Assembly: GCA_951406725.2 (NCBI GenBank) | Contig: OX597818.1 | Coordinates: 52,018,001-52,082,000 of the forward strand | Direction of reading: 5' to 3' | DNA length: 64,000 bases | Source: Octopus vulgaris | Taxonomy: Eukaryota | In this document: one piece after another, positions 1-13,683 of the stretch | Layout of the letters: every line of letters starts with the position of its first letter | How positions within the stretch are numbered: position 1 is the stretch's first letter | The notes under the pieces: model-generated | What the model was told of the DNA's origin: nothing | What the model saw: only the letters and a program-made list of their open reading frames with translations | Database searches by the model: none | Program-made: the position numbers and the translations under genes

Positions 1-279
1 GCAGCAGCAGCAGCAGCAACGGCAGCAGCAACTACAACAGCTCAATGGAGCATCACCAATTTATGCCTAGCTTAAAAAGTGCAATGAATGGATCGAAGCC
101 AATCAATAAAAGGCATTAAACAAAGATGGCCGAACAGGAGGGGAAACCGCTCTGTTTATTTTCTCAGCCACCATTATTACCACCTTAAATTCGGGAACAT
201 TCCAAAATTACGATTATTATTGTTTATTTATTGCTTTGTTGTTTTCATTTTGTAGAAAATTTCTATTATATTGTCGTTA

Positions 280-325
280 TCATCATTATCATGATCATCA
301 TCAGCAGCATCATTATCAGCATCAT

Positions 326-356
<31 letters not shown>

Positions 357-432
357 AGCAACAACAACATTTATTATTATTATTGCTTTCATTATCACCC
401 ACCTCCTCCTCCTCCTCCTTCTTCTTCTTCTT

Positions 433-521
<89 letters not shown>

Positions 522-604
522 CATCATCATCATCATCACTATTATTATTATTATTATTATTATTATCATCATCATCTTCATCATCATTATTATTATTATT
601 ATTA

Positions 605-635
<31 letters not shown>

Positions 636-637
636 CA

Positions 638-713
<76 letters not shown>

Positions 714-733
714 TCATCATCATCATCATCATC
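280..733. repeat. compound CAT/CAG/CTT/TTA microsatellite
   Basis: Direct reading. Confidence 0.95.
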
Positions 734-1031
734 GTTTAACGTCCGCTTTCCATGCTAGCATGGGTTGGACGGTTCAACTGGGGTCTGGCAAGCCCGAAGG
801 CTGCACCAGGCCAGTCAGATCTGGCAGTGTTTCTACAGCTGGATGCCCTTCCTAACGCCCATTATTATTATCATTATTATTATTATTATTATTATTATTT
901 TTTTTTTTTCTTCTTTCAAATTTGCTTCCATTTCTTGCCGAGTGTCTTCCCGACTCCTAGGGCAAAGAAACTCATAGTATACATTGGTAGGCCATTAAAT
1001 CAAACTCAGTAGTTCGTTCATTTAAAAAAAA

Positions 1032-1112
<81 letters not shown>

Positions 1113-1348
1113 CATTATTATTATTATTATTATTAGGGCAGTGAGCTGGCAGAATCGTTAGCACACTGGATGAAATGTTTAGCGGCATTTCGCCCATCGC
1201 TACATTCTGAGTTCAAATTCCGCGGAGGTCGACTTTTCTTTTCATCTTTTCAGGGTCGATAAATTAAGTACTTGTGAAACACTTGGGTCAATGTAATCGA
1301 CTAGTTCTCTCCCCCAAAATTTCAAGCCTTGTGCCTATAGTAGAAAGG

Positions 1349-1418
<70 letters not shown>

Positions 1419-1419
<1 letters not shown>

Positions 1420-1710
1420 AGCCTCTCGGATAATTCTTAATTACCGGTTGTTATTTACTCGAAAGCAGGCAATAACGAATCACCAAAGGTTTCAAGTAGA
1501 GCCTTCTCCTGTGACTCAAACAGACAATACTCTCCTTAGAATGCGAGCTGTACCCAACAATGCTGTCTTCTGGATCACCTCGAGCTTGACAGCAGCTCCA
1601 ATATTCTTAATATATTTTTCAAAGCCCTTGGAAACTGCTCCTAATGCTCCAATTACCACCGGTATCACCATTACTTTCCTCATGTCCCATAACTTTCCTA
1701 TCGCGTCCAT
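1419..1710 (-). mobile_element. R4/Dong-like LINE 3' end
   Basis: VIPVVIGALG...QKTALLGTARILRRVL* followed by a 3' UTR and (TAA)n. Confidence 0.85.
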
Positions 1711-2336
1711 AATTATTGTTGTTGTTATTAATAGCGTTGGAGTGGCAGATTCGTTGTTGTGTCGGCCAAAATACTGGGCGTTTTGATCGATTCTTTACGT
1801 TCTGAGTCCAAGTTACACCTAAAATCAAAAAATTTTAAAGGGAAAAATTTGACAAGTCAATCAGTCACCGGCTGACACTCGCTGACGATACATCGAAGTG
1901 GCCAGGGAACAGAAGAAAGAAGAAGAAAGAAGACATGCACCCAACACCAGAGCTGAAGACACCTCCGAAATGGGTGGGGGGCCGCCACATTAAAACGATA
2001 GAGGAGTAGGGGCCGAAACCGGACGTGGTTCCTCCTGATGATGTCTTGAGCCAACTGGATCCTATAAAGGAACTGTTGTGGTAGCAGACCACGAAACACG
2101 GTTGTAATTCCTTACCTTTCATCCCTCTGGGGTCGATAAAATAAAGTACCAGACAAGTAGTGAGTTCGAGAGTATCGATTAATCCCCTTCCCTCAAAACC
2201 GCTGGACTTGTGTCAAAATTTGGAACAGCTGCTGTTATTCAATACAGTTCTATATTTAAGAGATGAGGAATCATGTCCATAATTTACATTATTTACATTT
2301 GACGGATATTTCTCCTCATCTTCGAAATTCCCCCAA

Positions 2337-2382
2337 GACACCTGATGAAGGCTGGAGGGTATATCAGCCGAAACGTTGTGTT
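2337..2382 (+). ncRNA. minimal type-I hammerhead ribozyme motif (Penelope-associated type)
   Basis: gacac-CTGATGA-A-ggctg/cagcc-GAAAC-GTT-gtgtt; stems I and II pair; palindromic ACGT stem III; flanked by a 40-bp inverted repeat (2283-2322 / 2393-2432). Confidence 0.75.
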
Positions 2383-2439
2383 AACAACAAACAAGATGAG
2401 GACAAATATCTGTCAAATGTAAATAATGTAAATAGGTTG

Positions 2440-2600
2440 CTGCTATTATTACTGAATTATCTCGGTCTGAGAGAATTGAACCTGAGTAATTTCTTCTTGG
2501 GAGAAAACTACATCCGACAGCCCTATGTGTCATGAACTCTTCTTAAGATCCTTGCTGTTGCAAGTAACGTAGCTTTCTATAGCAGAACCAAGCTACTTTT
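2440..2600 (-). mobile_element. R4/Dong-like LINE 3' end, decayed
   Basis: Translates to KATLLATARILRRV. Confidence 0.6.
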
Positions 2601-3299
2601 GAGTTGTGGCTTACCGCTATATATTATATTAAAAATGAACTTCAATCTTGCTTGCTTGCTTGCAATGTTACACAGCCAAACCGGCGCATAATTGGAAAAT
2701 ACTTTGAAAGTGCCCTTGAAATGTAAATAAAAACAAAATAAAACAAGTTTCGCGTAAATCGGACCAGTGGTTATTGAGTTATTCGGGGTTTTGGAGGATA
2801 TAAATACCCCAAATGGTGCAAAATACTCCGAAAATAACTTAAACCTGAAAGGAAAGAAATTCTAACCTTTCCATTGGACATATTATGATGGGCAAAATAT
2901 TTTTAAGTGACAATGACTTTAAAAATACGGTAAATATTTCGTAAAAGACCCGTTCATAACCTCGATATGAAGTAGTTTTTTCCATAGGTTTCTTTCGAAC
3001 GCATTCAACGTATCTCACCTCCAAATATTTGGCTGCTATCTCTAACTTACCCTATGACCACGTAGCAGTTATTTGCGATAAATGACCCGAAATATCTGTA
3101 ACGTAGTAGCAGAGCGTGCAAGAAATAGCAGCCAAATCTTTCCTTTTCTGAGAAAGGAGGCGATTACGATATCACATTCTTTGAAAGCATGCGAAATAAC
3201 CTGGAAAAGTAAAAAAAAAACACGAAACAAAACTCCGTTGCTGGGAAACTCAGACTTTCCCAGTACCTGGAATTATTGGTGACTCTACGGGTTACAAGT

Positions 3300-3740
3300 A
3301 GTCTAGTCTAACCAATATTTGAGGTTGTTTTTACCATTCAGAGCGCACCAGCTACGGTTGAAGTTACACTTGCTTCTTTTAAATTCCATTATCTTTTTCA
3401 TCTCTCTTCTCAGTCCCATGCAGTTGGTCATTCTCTCCTCTTCTTTACTTTTCATATTCTTGTCCCTGGGGATTCTATCACGTGGTCGGTTTGTGTATTA
3501 AAGTTCAAGGAGATTTTAACATTGTTATTTTCTCCACACCTTTCTTGTGGTTATACCATTTGACCTCACCAATAACACCATTACCAGTTTGCTGTTACAC
3601 AGTGCTGATGCCGTAACCAGTCTGCTTACGCTCCCCATCGAACCACGCCGTTTTAAAATACCTTCTATTTAAGTCTTTTCTACTATTTTACATGTGTTCT
3701 GACACTGTATCGAGGATTTTCTGATAATTGCTGCTGGATA
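3300..3740 (-). mobile_element. R4/Dong-like LINE endonuclease-region relic
   Basis: Frameshifted KWYNH...ENNNVKI..NFNTQTDHVIE motif. Confidence 0.55.
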
Positions 3741-3911
3741 GGCGCAGACGTGGCTATGTGGTAAGAAGCTTGCTTCCCAACCACTTGGTTCCTGGTTCAA
3801 TCCCACTCCGTAAGACCTCATGCAAGTGTCTTCTGCTATAGCCTAGGGCCGACCTAAGCCTTGTGAGTGGATTTGGTAGACGAAAACTGAAAGAAGCCCG
3901 TCGTATATATG

Positions 3912-4031
<120 letters not shown>

Positions 4032-4238
4032 GATAAATCTCAGAGCGAGTTATAAACAGTAGCGGCAACACATCATGACGTATATTTGCCATTAGAATAT
4101 GGCTAACCCCTAAGGGTGGATGCTACTGTAGTTTGTAGCCCCAGGAAGACACCTCCTCCAGCTGGCTATAGACACACTTTCTGTGCCCTATCAGTATTTG
4201 TGAAGGGAAGTCATCCTTCCCGTCTTCAACTTATGATA

Positions 4239-4283
4239 CACACGGACTCGAGTTTCAAGGTATTGACCTATCATCGGCGTGTG
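4239..4283 (-). ncRNA. variant hammerhead ribozyme motif (CCGAUGA core)
   Basis: cacacg-CCGATGA-TAGGT caat ACCTT-GAAAC-TCGA-GTC-cgtgtg. Confidence 0.7.
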
Positions 4284-4345
4284 ACAATCATAGTTGTCGA
4301 CGAGAAGCCAGTTCCCCTCACAAATACATATACTTTTTCCAGTAT

Positions 4346-4408
<63 letters not shown>

Positions 4409-5420
4409 CATGTATGTATGTATGTATGTATGTATGTATGTATGTATGTATGTATGTATGTATGTATGTATACGTAGTGCTCCAGCATGGCTGAATTCAA
4501 ATGGCTGGAACAAATAAATAAATAAAAATCTAAAAAAAGCAAGAATTTTGGGGAAAAAACAAGGTTCTACTAACAAGATGGAAGGTGGTAAAAATCATGG
4601 GTGATCTGATCCAATTCAGGTGACGGCCTCACGCCTGTATGTCGGTGGGTTCGCCATATTCACCATTATTTACATATCTATATATATATCTATATCTACA
4701 TTGCGTGAAAGCGCATAGCTCAGTGGTTAGAGCGTCGGGCTCACAACTATGAAGTAGTGATTTCGATTCCCAGACCAGGCTGTGTGTTGTGTTTTAGAGC
4801 AAGACACTTTATTTTACATTGCTCCAGTTCGCTCAGGAAGGCGGCGAGCTGGCAGAAACGTTAGCACACTGGGCGAAATGCTTAGTGGTATTTCGTCTAC
4901 CGTTACGTTCTGAGTTCAAATTCCGCCGAGGTCGACCTTGCCTTTCATCCTTTCGGGGTCGATTAAATAATTACCAGTTACGCACTGGGATCGATATAAT
5001 CGACTTAATCCGTTTGTCTGTCCTTGTTTGTCCCCTCTGTATGTAGTCCCTTGTGGGCAATAAAGAAATAAGAAATGAGTTGCGACATCACTGGTGCCAA
5101 GCTGTATCGGCCCCTTTGCCTTTCCTTTGGTTAACACCAATGACGTGGGGAGAGGAATCTGGTTATGCATGGGTGACTGCTGGTCTTGCATAAACAACCT
5201 TGCCCGGACTTGTGCCTCGGAGGGTAACATTCTAGGTGTAATCCCATGGTCAGTCATGACCGAAATGAGGTCTTTACTCTTTATATCTATTTGACGACGT
5301 CTAAGATCTGCATTTATCAATTGTATTGTATAAGTCTTTTGCTCAATCTCAACTTTCTCTGATAGTTATGTTTTGTCATGACTTTGTAACGCGTTTCTTC
5401 GTATGAATGAATAGACAAAA

Positions 5421-5519
5421 CATCATCATCATCATTATCATCATCGTCATCATCACCACCGTCACCGCCATCACCACTATCATCATCATTAGCAGCAGCA
5501 GCATCACCAGCATCATCAC

Positions 5520-5553
<34 letters not shown>

Positions 5554-5815
5554 GTCATCGTCATCATCATCATCATCATCGTCATCGTCATCATCATCAT
5601 CGTCACCATCATCATCATCATCGTCGTCGTCGTCGTCGTCATCATCATCATCGTCATCATTATCATCATCATCATCATCATTATCATCATCATCATCATC
5701 ATCATCGTCGTCGTCGTCGTCGTCATCATCATCATCGTCATCATTATCATCATCATCATCGTCATCATCATCATCATCATCATCGTCGTCGTCGTCGTCG
5801 TCATCATCATCATCG

Positions 5816-5847
<32 letters not shown>

Positions 5848-5865
5848 TTCGTCGTCGTCGTCGTT
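5421..5865. repeat. (CAT/CGT)n microsatellite
   Basis: Direct reading. Confidence 0.95.
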
Positions 5866-6101
5866 ATAGCGGCGAGTTGACCGAATCGTTAAGCACGCCG
5901 GACAAAATGCTTAAACAGCATTTCTTCTGTCTTAACGTTCTGAGTTCAAACTCGAGCCGATGTCGATTTTTGCCTTTCATCTTTCGAGGTCGATAAAATA
6001 AGTTACAAGTTGAGCACTTGAATAGATTTAATCGACTTAACCCCTTACCCAAATCTATTGGCTTTGTGCCATTATTATTATTATTATTATTATTATTGAG
6101 T

Positions 6102-6650
6102 AAGCGAGCAGTGCATGCCATCACAGTGACACTGGGGTAAAATATACGAAGCCCAGTATACCCATCATAACTACCCGTCTGATAAGGGTGCACTAGGCAC
6201 ATGCATCACAACCATATGTGCGCGACATGGTGATCCCATATCAAGATAAACAGGGCATGACCTTGCAGGTGGGGCCCAGTTAGAATTTTCTTCAGGTCAA
6301 GTAGCCCATCCCGCTCAAAAGGTCCCTGAATAAGGGTTGTTTAAGGATGTTGAACGAAACACTCATGTTTCCAAAGGTGAATTATTCAAACCCCAAAGAA
6401 TTTCTTTCAACACATGGCTATGATGCTACCCCACTACTTCTGCTTGTGATCAGAGATGCACATATCGTCAGCCACTAAGGGACATGCTCAACTGGTTAAG
6501 GTCAAACAACAGACAAGCAACTCTGTGGTATTGAGCAGAATATTTGCTGTAGCCCATCTTTTATACCAAGACAAAACAATGTACATGATAACACTTCCAA
6601 TCAGTTAAGACCAGAAGCCATGAGAGCCACTGCCTGGTACTGCATCAGGG
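6102..6650. repeat. unclassified ~550-bp interspersed repeat
   Basis: Copies at 49035-49505 (same orientation) and 15805-16415 (inverted); two copies are flanked by TTA arrays. Confidence 0.8.
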
Positions 6651-6654
6651 CAAT

Positions 6655-7460
<806 letters not shown>

Positions 7461-8065
7461 TTTCAGTCTTTCATCTCTTTCCTTTTATCTTGTTGTTGTC
7501 CCTTATTTCCTGTTTGTTCCTATATTCATACCTTCGCTTGTTTGTTCCCTTCCCCCACCCCAAACACCCACCCCACCCCACCCCCACACGTTACATTTAA
7601 TGATCCTTGTTCTATTCATTCTGGCCTTCAATCTTCCAGGTTCCTATTCTAGGAATTTCGCCTTTCATGGTTCATTGCATTATTCACGCCCCACCACCAC
7701 TCCTTCACTGTTTATTCACAGCTCATAGCTCATCCCCTTCCATCCCCTGTGTCCACATGTCTGTCTGTATGTCGGGATGTATATCCTTCCATATGCCTGC
7801 TACTCACTGTTTCTCTCTTTCTCTTTCCCTCTTTCTCTCTCTTTCTCTCTCACTCACTCCCTTTATCTATCTGTCTTTGTATGTATGTATGTATATATGT
7901 AATTATGTATGTATCTATCTATCTACCTCTCTATCTATCTGTCTGTCTATCGGTCTATCTGTCTGTCTGTCTATCTGTCTCTCTATCTGTTCCTCTCTTT
8001 CTCTCTCTCTCTTTATCTATCTATCTATCTTTCTGTCTATCTGTCTGTCTGCCTCTCTCTCTCTG

Positions 8066-8172
<107 letters not shown>

Positions 8173-8245
8173 GGCTATCTATCTACCTATCTATCTATCT
8201 CTCTGTCTATCTGTCTGTCTGTCTCTCTATCTGTTCGTCTATCTG

Positions 8246-8278
<33 letters not shown>

Positions 8279-8549
8279 GCATTAACTATATATATGTACA
8301 TATATACGCATTATATATATATATGTGTGTGCGTGTGCGTGTGTGTGTGTGTGTACGCATTATATATACAAATGTATAAAAATTATATATATATACTAGC
8401 ATTATGATCCGGCGTTGCCGGGTCATAGTGCTAGTGCATGTATGTATGTGTATATATATGTGTACATCTATATATATATATATACATCTACACATAAAAT
8501 ACAAAATACAAAGTAATATCTTGATATCGCTAGTGATAACAATACTCAA

Positions 8550-9100
8550 AATATATAACAGACTGGAATTGTAGGCCCGTCTCTTGCAATTTCGATCAAT
8601 TGTATCTTGTCCTCCCTCTTGTATAGAAGTGTGGCTACAATCAAGCCTACCTCTACTTCTGGGGGGACATTTTAAATTTTTATCCGGGACGTCCTACGTC
8701 CCAGATATAAAGGTAAAATTAAAATATTTCCACTTTGTTCGGGTCGAGTACTCCCTTGCACGCTCCGTTGACTCGAACTTTGCTTCTATTGTGGCGAATT
8801 TACTGCCTCTGGTTAGATACTTGATATCTTTCATAGTCGTACCAAGACACTTTTCAATGGTGCTTTCCTCCAGGTGTTCAAATCTTTTTTTTTTCTCTAC
8901 ATTGTATACTTTATAGACAACTGTCTTTAATTTTATTTTTTATTTCGTTTGGTGGTGTTATCCTAGATTCACCGTCTTTGTCGGTGATCAATCCGAAATA
9001 GGTTTGTATTTCTTCCATTTTAATTTTAATGAGTTCGCGCCCGCCGACGGTTGCAGCGAAATTCATCTTTGGACTTTCTTCTATCGAAGACATTTTAACA
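8550..9100 (-). mobile_element. possible LINE ORF1 5' fragment
   Basis: Frameshifted coding-like sequence with an RIKI*NVPPEV RRM-like motif. Confidence 0.35.
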
Positions 9101-12100
9101 AAAATACTTCCGTATAAACGGTGAAAATATTGTCAATTTCCCCAAACAGGGACACAATTCAATTTTTAAACAATAACCAAAGCTCCTTCTCCCAAAGGAG
9201 GAGGGTTACGGTTTACAATTATTTAACAAATGCAACACAACAACGCTTCCCTTACGAGGAACCAACAAACGTGATAACAATAGTTAAGCAGTAATAATAA
9301 TAACAACAAACCTTACAGTGAATCAAAAAGCAGTACTCAGTTGAAGCTATAGTCCTTTATGGATCAGAAATAAACCAACAGCAGTACTCAGTAGAAGCGT
9401 CTGTTCGAGAAAACAGACATTACATACAGCTAAACTTCATATAGATACTTAATGCCAGCTAATTAGCAGATAATCTAATGTAAAAGCCGTGGTAAAGTGT
9501 ATGTGCACAGCTGCATCTGGACTATTCCATTTCTGCACTTAAATTTTATTTATTATTTATTCCCATTCATGTGAAACCACTTATTCAAGTTCAAGTCATT
9601 GATGCAATTTTATACCAATTGCTATTTTTACTTTTAATTGTTATGTTACGATTTAATTATTATATTATACTTTAGTTTGATTTTAATTATTACTTACTAC
9701 ATATAATTCAATTACTATTATTATCTCTAATTTTTATTGTTAAAGTGAAAGTATTTGACATAAAATAGAGATGTTTTGTTTCACTTTTAACACGTAATAC
9801 TGAAATAGTGGAGAAGATATGATATTGCTATGGGCTCGCCCTAGGCAAGAAGTTAAACATTTTTTTTGCCCATGAAACTACATGGACCCTAAGTAAGGCA
9901 TGTGTAAAATTTGACTGAAGTTGGTCGTGTAGTTCTCAAGTTTTAGGGAAACACACAGGCAGACAGACAGACAGACACACATTCTCATATATATATATAT
10001 AAATACAGATATATACACTTTGTATATATACATTATATATACATTTTTTTATATATAGAACACACACACACACACACACATATATATAAATTAACCTAAT
10101 AAATATCTGATTCATAATATTTGTTCTCATGATTGTGTGGTGGTGGTGGTGGCGATGATAATTCTCTCTATGAATGCAGACAGACGTAGAGAGAGAGAGA
10201 GAGAGAGAGAGAGTGACAGCGCTGGCGAAGGCGGTGGGGCAAAGATAGTAGACGCTGTCAAACGACGTTATAGAGAGAATGTGAAAGGAAGGGAGGAAAG
10301 AGAGAGAGAGATGGAGAAAGACAGGCAGATAAAAGAATGAGAGAAGACTTGTTAAAATGTGCGTTTTTTGCCCTAGTAACCACACCTTTAAAGATAGGGA
10401 TTTCTAACCTAGCCCACTGACATCCTCACCTCATTTTACATGTCCCTGTAAATGTTGGAGTCAATCCGACGGGATCTACTGCCCTTTAACCCGTTCTAAT
10501 GCCAAAACCAGACAAACAAACTTTTTTGCATTTCAGAATTATAATATAGAGATATACTTGTCAATCAATCTCTGTACACAAACACATTGTTGTTGTTGGC
10601 ATCCTTTTGTCTCGGGAGACAATGGAGTTGCGCATAAACTAATCCAGTCTGGATTTTACATTTCATGTCCTCTCCAGTCTTGCGCAGGCTTGGGCTGGAT
10701 GTAAGAAAATCCTGGGTATCCCAATCGTCAGGATTCCTCTCTCGACCTTGCTGACGTAGTCCAAAGGAGTGCAGAGCGTTACGTTTGGCACCAGCTTGGT
10801 TGAGGGATCTGCTGGAAGAGTGCCGAGTCGAACACTAAACCGCCTGCGGGGCTCCACTCCAGATTTCTTTGAAGGTTGTCTCCTTTCCGTAACCCTGGAT
10901 AGGGGCCCATACCGGGTACTGTCAGCTGATCACGGGACTCGTGTCGGGCAGGGTCGTCACTCCCTGAAGTAGTCAAGAAAATCGCTACCCACTACACAAA
11001 CACATATACACATTTATTATTTACACACGTGTGCGGGCTTATCTAATTTTGATCGGCATCTATATAGTTCAGTCTATGCTGGTATGTATATACCTATGTG
11101 TCATTGTGTGCGCACGTATGTAGGGACCATGATGTGTAAGCGTTTATGCACCTATGTATATATATTTCTTTATATTTCTTTATTGCCCACAAGGGGCTAA
11201 ACATAGAGGCGACAAACAAGGACAGACAAAGGGGTTAAGTCGATTTCATCGACCCCAGTGCGTAACTGGTACTTAATTTATCGACCCCGAAAGGATGAAA
11301 GGCAAGGTCGACCTCGGCGGAATTTGAACCCAGAACGTAACGGCAGACGAAATACGGCTACGCATTTCGCCCAGCGTGCTAACGATTCTGCCAGCTCGCC
11401 GCCTTTGTGCACCTATGAATATAGGCACGTGTTTGCGTGCTTTTGTATGTGTACGTGAAAACTGTAGCTTAGATGTAGTTGCATGTCTATCGCTGGTTAC
11501 CAACACAACAACAACAAAAACAACAACAACAACAACAATAACAACAACAACAATAACGACAACTACATCTTTCATATTTCGAAAACTCATTACCGGACGC
11601 CGCCAATCATTAAATTAATTTCATGGTGTGTGGTAATCTTCGTTCCGGAACGAATGTATCTTTTTAAATAGTCAGGCTAATCTGGCTTTGATTTTCTCAC
11701 ACTCAATTATATTACTAATGTACTTTATACCAGTTTAACTATGACCAATAGCTAGTTCAAAAGTAAACAGTAGCCATTTTTACACTTTAATAATACTTTG
11801 TACGTACTATACGATAGATTCGCTTGTTAATTGTTCAGTTGCTTATGCTCCGGTTTATGATGGTGTTGATGGTTGTGGTGGTGGTGTTGATGGTGATGGT
11901 ATAATCTTTTCTACCCTAGGCACAAGGGCCGAAATTTTGGGGGACGGGGAGCCAGTCGATTAGGTCGACCCCAGTATGCAACTGGTACTTGCTTTGTCGA
12001 CTCCGAAAGGATGAAAGGCAAGTCGACCTCGGCGGAACTTGCATTCAGAAAGTAGAGACAGCCGAAATACCTATTTCTTTACTACCCACAAGGGGCTAAA

Positions 12101-12601
12101 CACAGAGAGGACAAACAAAGACAGACAAACGGATTAAGTCGATTATATCGACCCCTGTGCGTAACTGGTACTTAATTTATCGACTCCGAAAGGATGAAAG
12201 GCAAAGTCGACCTAGGCGGAATTTGAACTCAGAAAGTAGCGACTGCTGAAATTACCGCTAAGTATTTCGCCCGGCGTGCTAACGTTTCTGCCAGCTCGCC
12301 ACCTTTGGTGATTGCATAATCGTTGTCATCAGTGACCTGTGTTCCTGGTCATATCTACACGCACATGCATAGACACGCGCGGGTGCAAGCACACACACAC
12401 ATCTATATGTGTGTGTGTGTATGTATGTATGTATGTATGTATGTATGTATGTATGTATGTATGTATGTATGTATTTATGTATGTATGTACGTATGTATAT
12501 ATGGTTAATACAAACATGAACAAAGACAAAACACAACAACGCGAGGACGTGGAACAAGTATTGTGTTATTGGACGCTCAGGAAAGGAAAGAAAGAAGGAG
12601 G

Positions 12602-12636
12602 ATTTAACGTTTCGAGCGGAGCTCTTCGTCAGAAAT
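12602..12636 (-). ncRNA. minimal type-I hammerhead ribozyme motif
   Basis: attt-CTGACGA-A-gagc tcc gctc-GAAAC-GTT-aaat, inside a ~200-bp repeat (12500-12710) that also occurs at 26290-26490. Confidence 0.7.
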
Positions 12637-12910
12637 ATAGGAAAAAAGAAAAGTCCAAAGAAGAGAAGACGGAGAAAGAAAATCGCCAACAATACACAAG
12701 CGGTCAAATATTGAAATTGAACACACACACACACACATACACACACACACACACACATACATACATACATACATACATACATACATACATACATACATAC
12801 ATACATACATACATACGTACACACATGTGGTTGGTAAGCAGGCTTCCTACCACACAGCCACGCCTGTGCCTGGAAGTTCATATACGCACGCACGCATGCA
12901 TGCAATCACT

Positions 12911-12978
<68 letters not shown>

Positions 12979-13301
12979 TAATTCGTTTATTGGCCACAAG
13001 GGTTAACAAAAATCAATTAAAACATAAAGGGACAAAACACAGGACGAAAGTTACAAAGGGTTTTGTCAGTTTGAAAAAGGTCCGTGTACAAAAGCAGGAT
13101 AACAACGAAATATAAGTAACAATTAAAGCTCCCAATAGGGGGAGGCGCTTCGTGGAAAAACCCATAAAAGCCACGGGAGCCTGGTCAAAAGTGGGGTTGA
13201 TGATATGGATAACGACAGTGTGCAACTAGTGCAATTTTGTGTAATATAACAGAATTCCTAGCAGTTTCTCTCTCACTGTGTGTGTGTGATAGAAAGAGAG
13301 T

Positions 13302-13337
<36 letters not shown>

Positions 13338-13610
13338 GCATATGTGCATGTGTGTGTATGTGAGTGTGTGTGTGTGTGTATGTGTGTATGTGTGTATGTG
13401 AGTGTGTGTGTGTGTGTGTGTGTATTTGTGTGTGCGCATCTGTGTGTTTGCGTGCATGTTTATATGCGTAACGACACAATGTCCCAACGTGTCGATATTT
13501 TAGCTGTCAGTCACACATACTGACACACAATGTCCATACACACGCAAACATGAAAATAACCCCGCTATCTTTCATGCTATATACCTAAATCAATAGATAA
13601 TCTGTCAGTC

Positions 13611-13683
13611 GGGGAATTAGCTCAGATGGTAGAGCGCTCGCTTAGCATGTGAGAGGTACCGGGATCGATGCCCGGATTCTCCA
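13611..13683 (+). tRNA. tRNA-Ala(AGC)
   Basis: 73-nt cloverleaf GGGGAATTAGCTCAGATGG...ATTCTCCA; G3:U70; loop TTAGCAT; G30:U40 variant; T7 terminator at 13691-13697; TATATA about 30 bp upstream. Confidence 0.97.

Noticed and set aside
1-120. CAG-rich possible polyQ/polyA terminal exon
   Set aside because: Truncated by the window edge, low complexity, and no splice or homology evidence.
228-758. Long homopolymeric ORFs (also 5376-5880, 6620-7652, 44574-45233, 56915-58062, 59879-61111)
   Set aside because: They are translations of stop-free microsatellites with no domain content.
2030-2110. CTGATGA...CGAAAC possible hammerhead
   Set aside because: No convincing stem I or stem II pairing could be built.
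4710-4790. tRNA-like sequence GCATAGCTCAGTGGTTAGAGCG..TTCGATTCC
   Set aside because: No acceptor stem, and it continues into a SINE core, so it is a SINE head.
9174-9210. Twister-like AAAGGAGGAGGGTT tail
   Set aside because: The conserved P4/L4 segment (GGUCCCAAGCC-type) and pseudoknot partners are missing.
12985-13200. Inverted match to 54415-54650 as a large transposon boundary
   Set aside because: Both abut TAA arrays and look like independent 3' ends of one interspersed repeat; no TSD was found.
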